DNA from: Dehalococcoidia bacterium | GTDB lineage: Bacteria; Chloroflexota; Dehalococcoidia; Lucifugimonadales; UBA3495 | Assembly: GCA_963664375.1 (NCBI GenBank) | Contig: OY761449.1 | Location: forward strand, 1,746,337-1,810,336 | Length of the DNA stretch: 64,000 bases | Direction: 5' to 3' | Shown here: in pieces, positions 28,763 through 39,306 of the stretch | Position numbering within the stretch: the stretch's first letter is position 1 | How the letters are laid out: each line of letters begins with the position of its first letter | Program-made: the position numbers and the translations under genes | The notes under the pieces: generated by a model | The model's input: only the letters and a program-made list of their open reading frames with translations | Databases searched by the model: none | What the model was told of the DNA's origin: nothing

Positions 28763-29236
28763 GTGCCCAATGAACTCAGGGGCGACATGAACGGGCAGGG
28801 CCTGCGAGTCGGAATCGCGGTTGCCCGTTTCAACGAAGTGATAACCAAGCAGTTGTTGGACGGAGCGCTGGAAACGCTGACCCGCTGCGGCGTGCGCGAC
28901 TCCGACATCACTGTCGCGTGGGTGCCCGGCTCGTTCGAGTTGCCGGTGGTGGCCCGCGCCTTCGCCAAGAGCGGCCGCTTCGACGCCGTGATATGCCTCG
29001 GGGCGGTCATCCGCGGCGAGACCTCGCACTACGACATGGTGGCCGGGCAGGCTCAGGGCGGCACGGGCGCCGTCGGCATGGACACCGGCGTGCCCACCAT
29101 CTTCGGCGTACTGACCACCGAGAACCTAGAACAGGCCCTGAACCGCGCCGGCGGCAAGTCCGGCAACATCGGCACCAACGCGGCCCTGGCAGCGGTGGAA
29201 ACCGCCTCCGTACTGACCGCCATCAACACCGCGTAA
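28763..29236 (+). CDS. ribH: 6,7-dimethyl-8-ribityllumazine synthase
   Basis: ARFNEVIT, VPGSFELP, GAVIRGETSHYD, FGVLTT. Confidence 0.97.
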   Translation: MPNELRGDMNGQGLRVGIAVARFNEVITKQLLDGALETLTRCGVRDSDITVAWVPGSFELPVVARAFAKSGRFDAVICLGAVIRGETSHYDMVAGQAQGGTGAVGMDTGVPTIFGVLTTENLEQALNRAGGKSGNIGTNAALAAVETASVLTAINTA

Positions 29237-29423
29237 TGTCCGCACCGCCTCCCGCGCCTCTTACCGAGGATGTTTCCAAAGTTCCCTCTCCCTCCGGGAG
29301 AGGGTCAGGGTGAGGGCGTCCCCTGTTCGCTCAGCGATGCGGGACGACAAGCCAGGACGGTTTTTTCTTGGGCTTGCGTGATATGCCCACACCCTCTAAA
29401 TCCACAGTCTCAACGGGTAAGTT

Positions 29424-30326
29424 ATGACGCAATTCGGAGTTACCATTCCCAACAACTGGGGCGTTGCAGACCCCCAGGAAGTCCTGAGCCTGGGGCCGGA
29501 AGCGGAACAGATGGGGTACGATTCCCTCTGGGTGATGGACCACCTGTTCAACACCGGCTACATCCGCGAAAGGCTGGAAGACCGCCCCTACTATCACCCC
29601 ATGGCCATGCTGTCGCACATGTCGGCTACCACCAGCCGGGTTGCCCTCGGCACGTCGGTTCTGGTGCTGCCGTACCATAACCCGGTGGAACTGGCCAAGT
29701 ACGCCGCCACGCTGGACCAGATGTCCGGCGGCCGGGTTGTGCTGGGTGTCGGCGCGGGCGCGATGACCGAAGAGTTCGAGGCGCTCGGCATTCCGATGCG
29801 GGAGCGCGGATCGTTGACCAACGAGTCCATGGCCGTCATGAGGGAACTCTGGAGCAACAACAGGCCGGAATACCACAGCCGCCGCTGGGATTTCAGCGAC
29901 CTGTACTTTTCGCCCAAGCCGGTGCAGCCGTCCATCCCGCTATGGGTCGGCGGCTCGTCCCAGGGGGCCTTGCGCCGGACTGCGCGGGCCGGGGATGGCT
30001 GGCACCCGACGGGCCTTTCGCCCGAGGACTTCGCCATCGGCAGGGCCGAGGTAACCGCCATGGCGGAAGCAGCGGGGCGTGACCCGTCCGCAATCACCAT
30101 GTCCAATCGAGTCGAGGTTGAGGTGCATGGCGGCCCTTCCAGCCAGCGCGCCGCCTCCCGTTCCCGGCTGCCGGGCGACGATCCAGGCGCAATGCGCGCG
30201 GGGATCGAGGCCTACCGCGAGGCCGGAGTCGAGCACATGGTGCTGGCGCTCAACTCCGGCGACATACCGGCCCTCCGGCGGATAATGTCCATCATCGCCG
30301 ACGAGGTACTGCCAGCCTTCCGTTAG
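29424..30326 (+). CDS. LLM-class flavin/F420-dependent oxidoreductase
   Basis: GYDSLWVMDH, ATLDQMSGGR..LGVGAG, PKPVQPSIPLWVGG. Confidence 0.92.
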   Translation: MTQFGVTIPNNWGVADPQEVLSLGPEAEQMGYDSLWVMDHLFNTGYIRERLEDRPYYHPMAMLSHMSATTSRVALGTSVLVLPYHNPVELAKYAATLDQMSGGRVVLGVGAGAMTEEFEALGIPMRERGSLTNESMAVMRELWSNNRPEYHSRRWDFSDLYFSPKPVQPSIPLWVGGSSQGALRRTARAGDGWHPTGLSPEDFAIGRAEVTAMAEAAGRDPSAITMSNRVEVEVHGGPSSQRAASRSRLPGDDPGAMRAGIEAYREAGVEHMVLALNSGDIPALRRIMSIIADEVLPAFR

Positions 30327-30356
30327 CCGCGGCCTGTCTCATATGGTTAAACCCTG

Positions 30357-30444
30357 TAGGGATTTAGGCAGTTGAAAGCTATCCCCTCCCCCTCAGGGGG
30401 AGGGTTAGGGTGGGGGTGAACTTCCTCAACTGCATAACTCCTAT
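30357..30444. repeat. Family F outer element (ATAGGACTTACGCAGTTG-type termini) enclosing a family A hairpin
   Basis: Same architecture at 55588-55693 and 56654-56742. Confidence 0.8.
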
Positions 30445-30538
30445 CATGCATTCAGCCAGCAGGCAAAGGGGACTCTGGATTCCTGCTTTCGCAGGAATGA
30501 CGATATGATTCGACGGTACGCCCTAGCCGGGCGGTCGC

Positions 30539-31930
30539 TCAGCGGCCCCGCTCCTGTTGCTTCAGGAATTCCTCCAGCTCCAGGCGGTCCTCCTCCAGCC
30601 CCGCCATCTGCTCCTCGCTTGGCGGGATGGCGCCGTAGTGAGCCGCCTGGAACTCGTCCACTATCCGCGACACCGGGTCTGCGGGCAGAGCGCCGGACAG
30701 ATCGCGCTGGTGCTCCCTCGGCGTCGCCCATGAATCCCTGGGGCGGCCCGCCCGGCGCGCCAGCTCCAGCAGGGCATGGTAGTAGTCGCGGGGCGTCGAA
30801 AAAACGCGGGCGCGATTGCCGGAACCTCTCCGCCTTCCCGGAAACAAGCTGCCCAACGCATCGCCCACGTCCTCCCCGGCGCGGCTGAGGCTGAACAGGG
30901 ACTCGCGCACCTCCACCACCTCGCCGCTTCCGGCGTGACGGCGCCGGTTACGGAACAGCCAATAGACCACCCCAACGGCCAAGATGGCTCCGATGGTGGC
31001 GGCGGCCCACTGCATCACCGTCAATAGCAGGTTCCCCTCGGAGTCCGATTCAACTTCCCGCAGACTTTCGTGAAACGCGTCGATGCGCCGTTGGGCTTCC
31101 AGCAGACCTTCGAAGTCGCCTCCGCCCATCAGTTGTGAAAGCCAGTTCCCAAAGCTAACCAACCCACCGGCAATCAGTCCCAGCAGCATTATCACTGGCT
31201 CAAGGAGCTTCAGCCCGACGGCGCCAATCAGTCCCGCCACCGCGCGGCTTACGTCGTCCAGCCCACCCAGGCCGAGGCCGCTTATCAACAGCCCAAGGGC
31301 CAAAACTCCCGCCACGCAGACCGCGATGGGCCAGAACCACTGCCTGGGCAGTTCCCGGCCTTCGCCGCCGCCCGCTGAGAACCTGGCCAGCGCCATTCCG
31401 GTGAGACCCACGGCAAAGAAGCCGATCACGAAGAACCCGCTGACTATCCTGACGTCAGTGGCGGCATCAATCAACGCCGCTGCCAGCAGGGTTATCATGC
31501 CGACCTGGAAAGCTGGCCGGATAGAGTCGAGAGTGGCCTCCTCGCGCGATAGTTCCACGCCCCGCCACCACGTGATCAGCAGGAAAATCATGGAGCCGAC
31601 GAACAGACCAACGCTGTCGGCCTCCGGGGGTATGAGCAGACTGAACGGATGGAAGGCAAGCCCCGCGTTCCAGGCGACGAGCACCAGCAGGGACGGGACG
31701 CCGGACGCTATTCCGGCCAGGCCGCGCAGCACGGGGGTGACCCTCAGCCCCAGAATCCATAGCGACAGGCCGAATGCCCAGGCCAAGGCCACGATCACCA
31801 GCCAGAAGGGCGGCTGGAGGTCGTCCAGTCTTACCAGGCTGGAAACCGTCGCGAATATCAGGTACAGGGTGCAGCTCTCCAGATAGAGAGCCACCGCAAC
31901 CACTGACCTGTTACGCCAGGCCGGTCTCAT
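30539..31930 (-). CDS. DUF4129-like membrane protein
   Basis: Multi-TM N-terminus; YHALL..G..R...TPRE..AHYG C-terminal domain; in MoxR operon. Confidence 0.75.
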   Translation of the reverse strand: MRPAWRNRSVVAVALYLESCTLYLIFATVSSLVRLDDLQPPFWLVIVALAWAFGLSLWILGLRVTPVLRGLAGIASGVPSLLVLVAWNAGLAFHPFSLLIPPEADSVGLFVGSMIFLLITWWRGVELSREEATLDSIRPAFQVGMITLLAAALIDAATDVRIVSGFFVIGFFAVGLTGMALARFSAGGGEGRELPRQWFWPIAVCVAGVLALGLLISGLGLGGLDDVSRAVAGLIGAVGLKLLEPVIMLLGLIAGGLVSFGNWLSQLMGGGDFEGLLEAQRRIDAFHESLREVESDSEGNLLLTVMQWAAATIGAILAVGVVYWLFRNRRRHAGSGEVVEVRESLFSLSRAGEDVGDALGSLFPGRRRGSGNRARVFSTPRDYYHALLELARRAGRPRDSWATPREHQRDLSGALPADPVSRIVDEFQAAHYGAIPPSEEQMAGLEEDRLELEEFLKQQERGR

Positions 31931-33179
31931 TCAACGCTCCGCTGTTAGCGGCCGGGTCGTCTTGCCAGTCCGTAACGTCTTCAGGCAACTGGTCCAGCAG
32001 ATGCCCGATGCCGGTGACCGGGGCGTTCCCGATCTGCTCCGGCGCTTCACCGTCTCCGGCGAACAATACGCTGGTCCGGTAACCGCTGTCGGAGAAGGCG
32101 AGCAGTTGTTCCGGGATGGAGTCGGTCAATGACGCCGTTACAAAGATAACCGTAGCCCCGAGGGGCAGATTGTCCCGCTCGGCGCGGAACACATTGGGCA
32201 GCATTGAAACAACGTAAGGAGCGGACATAGCCAGAGCCTCGAGGGTCATTGTCAACTGCTGCGAAGATGCCCCCACTGGCACGCTCAGCCACTTGCCCGA
32301 GTAGGAGGCAACCGCGTTGGAAATCAGGCCGTAGCTGTACCCCCGCCGGTCGGCCAGAGCGACGGCCGACGCGGCTGCGGTAACGGCGCGCTCGAACAGC
32401 CGCCGGTTGGTGCCCAGCCAGGCATAGTCGCTGGTCGAGCCATTCAGGGCTACGATGATATTCATTGAGACGGACGGGTCAAAAATCCTCGTTTGCAGTT
32501 TCCTGGCGCGGGCCGTAGCCTTCCAGTCGATGTGCTTGAGCGGGTCTTCGGGCCGGTAGTCCCTGGCGCCGCGGGCGCGGCTGGTGTCGTGAAACAGCGG
32601 CAGCCCGCCGCGGGACGCCCCGAACGGATGCTGCGGCGGGGTCGCCAGTTGTTCCAGCTCGATGACGCGCGGATACACCAGGAGGTCGTTGACGGCGCTG
32701 AGGCGCGTTTCCGTGGCGGAAAAGCCGAATATGTCGCTGCTCCTCATGCGCACAGGGCCGATGCGATGGTAGCCGCGGCGGGCGCACTGCATCTTGAAAT
32801 TCCACGTCGCCCGCTGGTAGGGCAGGAGCGAGGTGGTGATGCTGTGATGGCGGTTGGTCTCCAGGCTGGCGCCGCGGACAACCGCCCCTCGCAGTTCCAG
32901 CCCCTCCGGAAAAGAGTCCTGCACTTCCACCCATATCAGCGGCAGCGGCTTGTCGTTGGTCAGCGATACGGAATATTCGATGCTGTCGCCGATGAAAGCC
33001 CGCCTTCGCCCCACATTCCGCTCGTAGGTGACCTTGCGGAAGCAGTAGCGCTCCCACAGCCGCGCCGCCATCCAGACCACGGCAACCATGGAACCGACCA
33101 CCAGGAGCAGACCGCTGCTGACCAGCAGCCCGGCGGCCACCAGTAGCCCGCACACCACCGGCCACAGTTCGTGCCTCAT
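31911..33179 (-). CDS. DUF58 domain protein
   Basis: RRGYHRIGP..SDIFG, LLVYPR, RDYRPEDPLKHIDWKATAR. Confidence 0.9.
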   Translation of the reverse strand: MRHELWPVVCGLLVAAGLLVSSGLLLVVGSMVAVVWMAARLWERYCFRKVTYERNVGRRRAFIGDSIEYSVSLTNDKPLPLIWVEVQDSFPEGLELRGAVVRGASLETNRHHSITTSLLPYQRATWNFKMQCARRGYHRIGPVRMRSSDIFGFSATETRLSAVNDLLVYPRVIELEQLATPPQHPFGASRGGLPLFHDTSRARGARDYRPEDPLKHIDWKATARARKLQTRIFDPSVSMNIIVALNGSTSDYAWLGTNRRLFERAVTAAASAVALADRRGYSYGLISNAVASYSGKWLSVPVGASSQQLTMTLEALAMSAPYVVSMLPNVFRAERDNLPLGATVIFVTASLTDSIPEQLLAFSDSGYRTSVLFAGDGEAPEQIGNAPVTGIGHLLDQLPEDVTDWQDDPAANSGALNETGLA

Positions 33180-33446
33180 ATCGCCCGGCCCGGTCTGCCC
33201 GCGGTCATGGTGAGCTTGTCGAGCCACCATCGAAGGATCATCAATTTACTCAAGACATCCCCCCGGCGCCGATATTCGTCATTCCGGCGAAAGCCGGAAT
33301 CCAGGTTTTTGTATATGAGCTACGCAGTAGGCGGCATGGACATTCCTATCCGTGCCGCCCTTCGCAAGATCAACGGTGTCTGATGCGAGGATTTCACCCC
33401 CACCCTAACCCTCCCCCTCAGGGGGAGGGGACTGCTTGAACACACC

Positions 33447-34403
33447 CTAGACGGGGACTTCCACCTGGGAAAGCAGCTCACGTACCACGTCTTCCTGGGT
33501 GCGCCCCCTCAGCCTGGCCTGGGATGTCAGTATGGTGCGGTGGGCCAGCGCGTAGGGGGCCAGCACCTTCACGTCGTCGGGCGTCACGTACTCCCGGCCC
33601 CTGATGGCGGCGAAGGCCTGCGAGCAGCGGTACAGGCCGAGCGTCGCTCTGGGACTGACGCCCAGCTCCACGTCCTCATGCTCCCGTGTTGCCTGCGCCA
33701 GCCTGACGATGTAGCCGCTCAACACCGGGTCGACGTAGATTTCCCTGACCCTGGCCTGCGTTCCGGTGACGCCGCTGCCATCGGTCACTGGCTCCAGAGA
33801 TTCGATGGGATTTCCCTGGTTGAAACGGGCCAGCATTTGTACTTCCTCTTCCTCATCCGGGTACCCCATCCGCAGGCGGAGCATGAACCTGTCGAGCTGG
33901 GCCTCTGGCAAAGGGAAAGTCCCCTCCAGCTCAATGGGGTTCTGAGTCGCCACCAGGAGAAACGGCTGGGGGAGGAGAATCGTCCGGTCGTCTACGGTCA
34001 CCTGCCCTTCCGCCATGGCCTCCAGCAGGGCCGATTGAGTGCGCGGCGTGGCGCGGTTAATCTCGTCGGCCAGCACCACCTGCGCCAGGATGGGGCCGGG
34101 CCTGAACTCGAACTCACCCAGCTTTTGATTGTAGAAGTGCACGCCGGTGATGTCGGAGGGCATGAGGTCCGGCGTACACTGTATGCGCCGGAAGCTGCAA
34201 CGCAGGGACTCGGCGAGACTGCGGGCCAGGGTGGTCTTGCCGATGCCGGGAACGTCCTCGACGAGGACATGCCCGCCGCTCAAGACCGCGGCAAGCAGCA
34301 ACTCGATGACCTGACCCTTCCCGACCAGCACGCGCTCCATGCTGGCGCGAACCTTGGCGGCCATGGCCGCAACGTCCGCTGCTGCCCCACCGAATTCTGC
34401 CAT
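33447..34403 (-). CDS. MoxR family AAA+ ATPase
   Basis: EDVPGIGKT, TPDLMPSDITG, DEINRATPRTQSALLE, ATQNPIE. Confidence 0.95.
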   Translation of the reverse strand: MAEFGGAAADVAAMAAKVRASMERVLVGKGQVIELLLAAVLSGGHVLVEDVPGIGKTTLARSLAESLRCSFRRIQCTPDLMPSDITGVHFYNQKLGEFEFRPGPILAQVVLADEINRATPRTQSALLEAMAEGQVTVDDRTILLPQPFLLVATQNPIELEGTFPLPEAQLDRFMLRLRMGYPDEEEEVQMLARFNQGNPIESLEPVTDGSGVTGTQARVREIYVDPVLSGYIVRLAQATREHEDVELGVSPRATLGLYRCSQAFAAIRGREYVTPDDVKVLAPYALAHRTILTSQARLRGRTQEDVVRELLSQVEVPV

Positions 34404-34450
34404 AATAGAAATCCCCTCTCCTCCTGAGTTTATCGAAGGACGGGAGAGGG

Positions 34451-35170
34451 TTAGGGTGAGGGCGTCCCTCTTTCACTGGCGACGAAGGCTTCCGCCTCCC
34501 TCAAGTCCTTGAACGAGTCGATGCTGGTCCAATATGACCTGGTGCGGAACGCGGCAATTCTCCCCGACTCCGCCATTTGGGGGAAGGTCTCCACCTCGTG
34601 GTCTCCCAGGTCGGGGAACTCCGCGAATACCTGCCGGTCAATCACATACACGCCGCCGTTAATCCAGTGGGGCAATTCCACTTTTTCCCGGAATCCCACC
34701 ACTCCTCCGGCGTCGTCCATGTCCACGATGCCGTAGGGACTTACCATGGGAACGGCCAGCAGGGTGGCGCAGGGGCCGTTGCTCCGGGCGGACGAGGCAT
34801 GGTGGAAGTCGATCACCTCCGCCAGTGGCTGCCGGGTGATGATGTCGCCGTTGGTGACGACCACCGGGCCGTCGTCCTCGCCAGCCAGCGGGAAGCCCTG
34901 CTTGATTGCCCCGCCCCTGCCGAGGGGCGAGCTTTCCACACTGTAAGAAATGCTGACGCCGTACCGGGAGCCATCGCCGAAATGGGAGCGGATGGACTCC
35001 CAGCGGTAGCCCACGAGAAACACCACCTTATCGACACCCGCATCCTTCAGCCAGTCAATCTGGTACTCCAGGATTGGCCGCCCGGCAACCGGGGCCATGG
35101 GCTTGGGCACCGTGTCGGTAAGGGGCCGCAGGCGCTCCCCCTTTCCGCCAGCAAGAACCAACGCATGCAT
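34451..35170 (-). CDS. NDP-sugar pyrophosphorylase family nucleotidyltransferase
   Basis: LAGGKGERLRPLTDTVPKPM, PLGRGG, NGDI, INGGVY. Confidence 0.9.
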   Translation of the reverse strand: MHALVLAGGKGERLRPLTDTVPKPMAPVAGRPILEYQIDWLKDAGVDKVVFLVGYRWESIRSHFGDGSRYGVSISYSVESSPLGRGGAIKQGFPLAGEDDGPVVVTNGDIITRQPLAEVIDFHHASSARSNGPCATLLAVPMVSPYGIVDMDDAGGVVGFREKVELPHWINGGVYVIDRQVFAEFPDLGDHEVETFPQMAESGRIAAFRTRSYWTSIDSFKDLREAEAFVASERGTPSP

Positions 35171-35392
35171 ACCAACGCACTCTCTATCTACCCTCATCCC
35201 CTCTCCCTCCGGGGGAAGGTTGGGGCGGGGCGTACGGTGGCTAATATACCCGTGGGCCGTATGAGGGTCAAACGCGCAGCCGTCATCCCCTCTCCCTCCG
35301 GGGAAGCGTTAGGGTAGGGGCGTCCCTCCAATGTATAATCCCCCTGAGCAAAAGCCCGCTATCCCGTATTGCCTCACCTTCCGGGAGAGGGT

Positions 35393-35560
35393 TAGGGAGT
35401 GCCGTAAAATTGAGTTGCCGGACAGTCAGCAGACCTTTTCCCGTCATTCCTGCGAAAGCAGGAATCCAGAATCGCTCCATGCCGGAGAATGATTTGCCTG
35501 CGGGAACCCCTGGATTCCTGCTTTCGCAGGAATGACGGAGGAATTTGACGACACTCCCTA
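35393..35560. repeat. Complete family G element (TAGGGAGTG...CACTCCCTA) enclosing family B pair
   Basis: Terminal inverted repeats visible; abuts a family A cluster at 35190-35395. Confidence 0.8.
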
Positions 35561-35633
35561 GGGTGTGAGCGTCCCCCACCTGACGCTACCCGATACGGAC
35601 AGCACGGCTAAATTAGGGAGGCAAAGCCGCGAA

Positions 35634-36305
35634 ATGGATTACGAAATACTTCACAAGCCATCTTACGCACTGGCCCGGATAAGGATGAACCCCAGGGAAC
35701 AGCTACAGGCGGAAACCGGCGCCATGGTAAGCATGTCGGACACCATCAAGCTGGAGACAAGCACGCGGGGCGGTATCTTCGGCGGGCTGCGCCGGTCGGT
35801 TCTCGGCGGCGAGAGCTTCTTCGTCAACACATTCACTGCCGAGCAATCGGGCGAGGTGACCGTGGCCCCGTCCCTTCCCGGAGACATAGAGGTGATGGAG
35901 CTACAGGGCGAGACCATGATGGTCCAGTCCGGCTCATTCCTGGCGGCCACTATGAACATCGAGGTGGACTCCCAGTGGGGCGGCGCCCGCTCCTTCTTTT
36001 CCAAGGAGGGTCTGTTCCTGCTGCGCTGCTCGGGGCGGGGCCTGCTGTTCATCTCGTCCTACGGCGCGATTCACCGGATCGACCTGGCCCGGGGCGAAAA
36101 ATACACCGTGGACAACGGGCACATGGTGGCCTTCGACGACAGCATCAAGTATGACGTGGGCCGTTCCGGCGGCTGGAAGACCACCCTGCTGAGCGGCGAG
36201 GGCCTGGTGTGCAAGCTGGAGGGCCCCGGCAGGTTCTTCATGCAGACCCGCAGCGAAGACGCGCTCCTGAGCTGGCTGGTTCCCAAGATTCCCAACCGGG
36301 GGTAG
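35634..36305 (+). CDS. TIGR00266/AIM24 family protein
   Basis: AETGAMVSM, GGESFFVNTF, EGLFLL, VDNGHMVAF. Confidence 0.92.
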   Translation: MDYEILHKPSYALARIRMNPREQLQAETGAMVSMSDTIKLETSTRGGIFGGLRRSVLGGESFFVNTFTAEQSGEVTVAPSLPGDIEVMELQGETMMVQSGSFLAATMNIEVDSQWGGARSFFSKEGLFLLRCSGRGLLFISSYGAIHRIDLARGEKYTVDNGHMVAFDDSIKYDVGRSGGWKTTLLSGEGLVCKLEGPGRFFMQTRSEDALLSWLVPKIPNRG

Positions 36306-36360
36306 GACAGCCCGCCCCTTTAATGGTTCCCTCTCCCTCCGGGGGAGGGTTAGGGTGGGG

Positions 36361-36553
36361 GGTATTCTCAGTGTGTGTTGGTATTCCCATGTAGGGGCGC
36401 ACAGCGGTGCGCCCTAGCCCCGGTTCCGGCACAATTCTCTCCTGCGCAGACATGGGCGCACGTCCCTCGACGCGCTCGGCTCGGGAGTGCGCCCCTACGG
36501 GGCGGGGCCAAGCAGACAAATCGCGTCCAATACCAACACACGTTGGGAATACC
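36361..36553. mobile_element. Family C composite MITE-like element, copy 2
   Basis: Same termini, REP palindromes and spacer as 12813-12986. Confidence 0.8.
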
Positions 36554-36616
36554 GGTGGGGGCAGACCCTGAAAATCGCTTGGCCGGACGCGAGCTTTCCA
36601 CTGTCAAAGCAAATGG

Positions 36617-37507
36617 TCAGTGAGTCCAGACGCCCCCGCCCTCCACGCGGCACCGGAGAGTTGCCTCCAGGCAGTCAAAGCGTTTCCAGGCCTGCGCGGC
36701 TGCCTGAGTGACGAGCGATGACTGGTCCGGCATAAGTATGCCGATGACGGTTCCGCTGTGAGCGACGTTCACTCCGAAACCGCCTACCTCGGCTGAAAAG
36801 GCTAGCACGTCGTCGAGATAGGGGTTGAAAGAGACCTCCTGGTTGGCGATGGCGCTAACGGTTGCTCCCTTGCCGATGAAGAGCGGATTGCCCCGGAGCA
36901 GCCCGGTCTCAATCAGGGACACCGCCTCGGACATTCTCGATTCCTGTGACTTCAGGGCCTTGTCTCTCGCAACGCTGTTGAATTCCAGAGTGTCCACGAC
37001 GCCGCCGAAATCCAGCGCCAGCACGCGCATTGGCGGCGGCTCGCCCAGAGGCCGCGCGATTCTCCCCTCGCGATGATCGAATACCGAGATTCCGGGGAAC
37101 ATGACCCCGTCGCTGGGTTCCACGCCCAAGGAGATTTCGGCTATCTGGCCCGGCTCCAGATGGCGGCCAGCGGCGGCGGCGGTGGCGGCAATGCTGGCGG
37201 CCACGTCGGCGGTGCTGCTGGCCATTCCCTTTCCACGCGGGAGAATGGAATCCAGGGAGAGACGGGCATCCGCATCCGTTTCCCCAAGATGCTCCAGCGT
37301 AGCCCGCACTGCTTGGGCGGCCTTGGGAGAGTCCGGCGGCGCGTCTACAATGCCGTCGCCGGGGCGCAGTTCCACTGTGGCGGTGCTGCGGATGTCTATG
37401 GGGCAGGTCACGAGGCATAGCACGCCGTCAAGCATGCCCTGGGCCAGTTCCCCGCACGTGCCCGGGGCCGATGCAATCCCCTTCCTCAAAGTGCCGGAAG
37501 GGTTCAT
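36617..37507 (-). CDS. pduX: L-threonine kinase (PduX-like GHMP kinase)
   Basis: PGTCGELAQG, PRGKGMASSTAD, EPSDG, NVAHSGT; cob context. Confidence 0.88.
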   Translation of the reverse strand: MNPSGTLRKGIASAPGTCGELAQGMLDGVLCLVTCPIDIRSTATVELRPGDGIVDAPPDSPKAAQAVRATLEHLGETDADARLSLDSILPRGKGMASSTADVAASIAATAAAAGRHLEPGQIAEISLGVEPSDGVMFPGISVFDHREGRIARPLGEPPPMRVLALDFGGVVDTLEFNSVARDKALKSQESRMSEAVSLIETGLLRGNPLFIGKGATVSAIANQEVSFNPYLDDVLAFSAEVGGFGVNVAHSGTVIGILMPDQSSLVTQAAAQAWKRFDCLEATLRCRVEGGGVWTH

Positions 37508-38208
37508 CAAGTAGTTCCCTCCCCTTCCATATTTCTCCCCTCCTCCGGGGGGGAATACAAGGGGGCGGCGGGTTGGGAGCGTATCCCCAAGTGCGGCGTA
37601 GTTCCGAGGCTGGTGAACGGCACCGCGCCGAGGGCCTTCAGGTCCATCGCCAGCCCGGCCACCAGCAGGTAGGCCCGGTCGGCGCGCGCCGCGAACATCT
37701 GGTTGACTCGACCCTGCACGTCCCGGAACCTCCGGCCCAGCGGCGAAGCGGGCACCACGCTCAGCCCCACTTCGTTGCTTACTACTATCCACGTCGCCGA
37801 TGACTGCTCGTAGACGTCTAACAACTCACCGGCGGCGGCAAGGATTTCTTGTTCGGCGCCCGGATCGCCCTCTCTGGCGAGAAGCCGGTTGCTGATCCAG
37901 AGAGTGAGACAGTCCAGCAGGCACGTGTCGTACTCCTGCCCCCATTCGACAGGCTCATGGTGAGCAGGTCGAACCAGCAAGCGGGAACCCAGAGCAGACG
38001 GGAGTGCCAGCGGCTCCTCCAGCGTGTCCCAGCCCGCGGGGCGCTGGCGGCGATGATGGTCGATACGCAGCCGCATTTCGTCATCCAGCGCCTCGGCGGT
38101 GGCGACGTAGAGCACACGCCCTCCTTCCTTGGCGAGTTGCTCGGCGAAGGAACTCTTGCCGGAGCGTGCGCCGCCCAGAACGAATATGAGCTGTTTAGGC
38201 AATGGCAT
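37507..38208 (-). CDS. cobU: Adenosylcobinamide kinase/phosphate guanylyltransferase
   Basis: GGARSGKSSFAE, LLDCLTLW, SNEVG, FRDVQGRVNQ. Confidence 0.95.
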   Translation of the reverse strand: MPLPKQLIFVLGGARSGKSSFAEQLAKEGGRVLYVATAEALDDEMRLRIDHHRRQRPAGWDTLEEPLALPSALGSRLLVRPAHHEPVEWGQEYDTCLLDCLTLWISNRLLAREGDPGAEQEILAAAGELLDVYEQSSATWIVVSNEVGLSVVPASPLGRRFRDVQGRVNQMFAARADRAYLLVAGLAMDLKALGAVPFTSLGTTPHLGIRSQPAAPLYSPPEEGRNMEGEGTT

Positions 38209-39301
38209 CCCCTACGGCGAGGACGCCTTTCAGGGCCTCGGCCAGCCGCCGGTTGTCGTCCATCGTCCTGACCCCGACCCTGATGTATTCGGGCAGCCCG
38301 AAGGAGGCGCAGTCCCTGACGCAGATGCGGTGCTGCAAGAGGAGGGCCTCCCTGACCTCGCGGGCGCATCCTACGTTGAGCAGCAGGAAATTCGCCGCAG
38401 CGGGAGGGCATTCTACGCCAAGGTCCCGGGCTACCCCCATCAGGTATTCCTTTCCCTGTTCAACTACTCTACGGCCCCTTGTTACGTGCTCGCCATCGGC
38501 CAGGGCAGCGATTCCGGCGGCCTGGGCGGCGGCGTTGACGCTCCAACTGTACTGGAAACGCCGCACCCGTCTCACCGTGTCCTCGCCCGCCAGCAGGTAC
38601 CCCAGCCGCAGGCCGGTGAGGGCGTAGTCCTTGGTCATGGAACGGAGCAGCGCCACGTTGCCCAGCGACAACAGCGACATGGAATCCCAACTTTCGTTCA
38701 CGAACGGTAGGTAGGCTTCGTCCAGGACGAGCAAGCCAACTCCCCGCAATGCCTCAGCTACTCCGCGGATCTCGTCTTCGCCCAGGTAGACTCCGGTCGG
38801 ATTGTTGGGATTGCAGAGGAATACGATGGCCGGGGCGTGACCGGCGATGCAGTCGAGGGCCAATGGAATGTCCCACCGGAATCGCGCCTCGGACTGTCCG
38901 GCGCACTGCGGCAAGAGCGAAACCGGCTCCACTCCCTCGGTGCGGCAAGCGGCCGCGTATTCGCCGAAGGTCGGCGCGAAAATCAGGGCCGTATCGTCTG
39001 GTGTCAGGAAAGCCCGCGCCAGCAGGTGGATAAGCTCGGTGGAGCCGTTACCGGCAAGAACGTTGCCAGGGTCTACATCCAGGCTGTTGCCTATGGCCCG
39101 CCGCAGGTCGAGACAGTCCGGGTCGGGGTAGGCGGCCAGTTTCACTTGCCGCGCTGCCTCCAGCGCAACCGGCGACGGCCCCAGAGGGTTGATGCTGGCG
39201 CTGAAATCCGTGACCTCATCAGGACGCAGGCCCAACGATTCCAGCTCTGCGTAGTTCAGGCCGCCGTGGACGGGCCGCTCGTTTCCGCTCTGCAAGTTCA
39301 C
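38195..39301 (-). CDS. cobD: Threonine-phosphate decarboxylase (CobD-like PLP enzyme)
   Basis: HGG..DFSASINPLG, CNPNNPTG, RSMTKDYALTGLRLGY. Confidence 0.88.
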   Translation of the reverse strand: MNLQSGNERPVHGGLNYAELESLGLRPDEVTDFSASINPLGPSPVALEAARQVKLAAYPDPDCLDLRRAIGNSLDVDPGNVLAGNGSTELIHLLARAFLTPDDTALIFAPTFGEYAAACRTEGVEPVSLLPQCAGQSEARFRWDIPLALDCIAGHAPAIVFLCNPNNPTGVYLGEDEIRGVAEALRGVGLLVLDEAYLPFVNESWDSMSLLSLGNVALLRSMTKDYALTGLRLGYLLAGEDTVRRVRRFQYSWSVNAAAQAAGIAALADGEHVTRGRRVVEQGKEYLMGVARDLGVECPPAAANFLLLNVGCAREVREALLLQHRICVRDCASFGLPEYIRVGVRTMDDNRRLAEALKGVLAVGDAIA

Positions 39302-39306
39302 TCGAA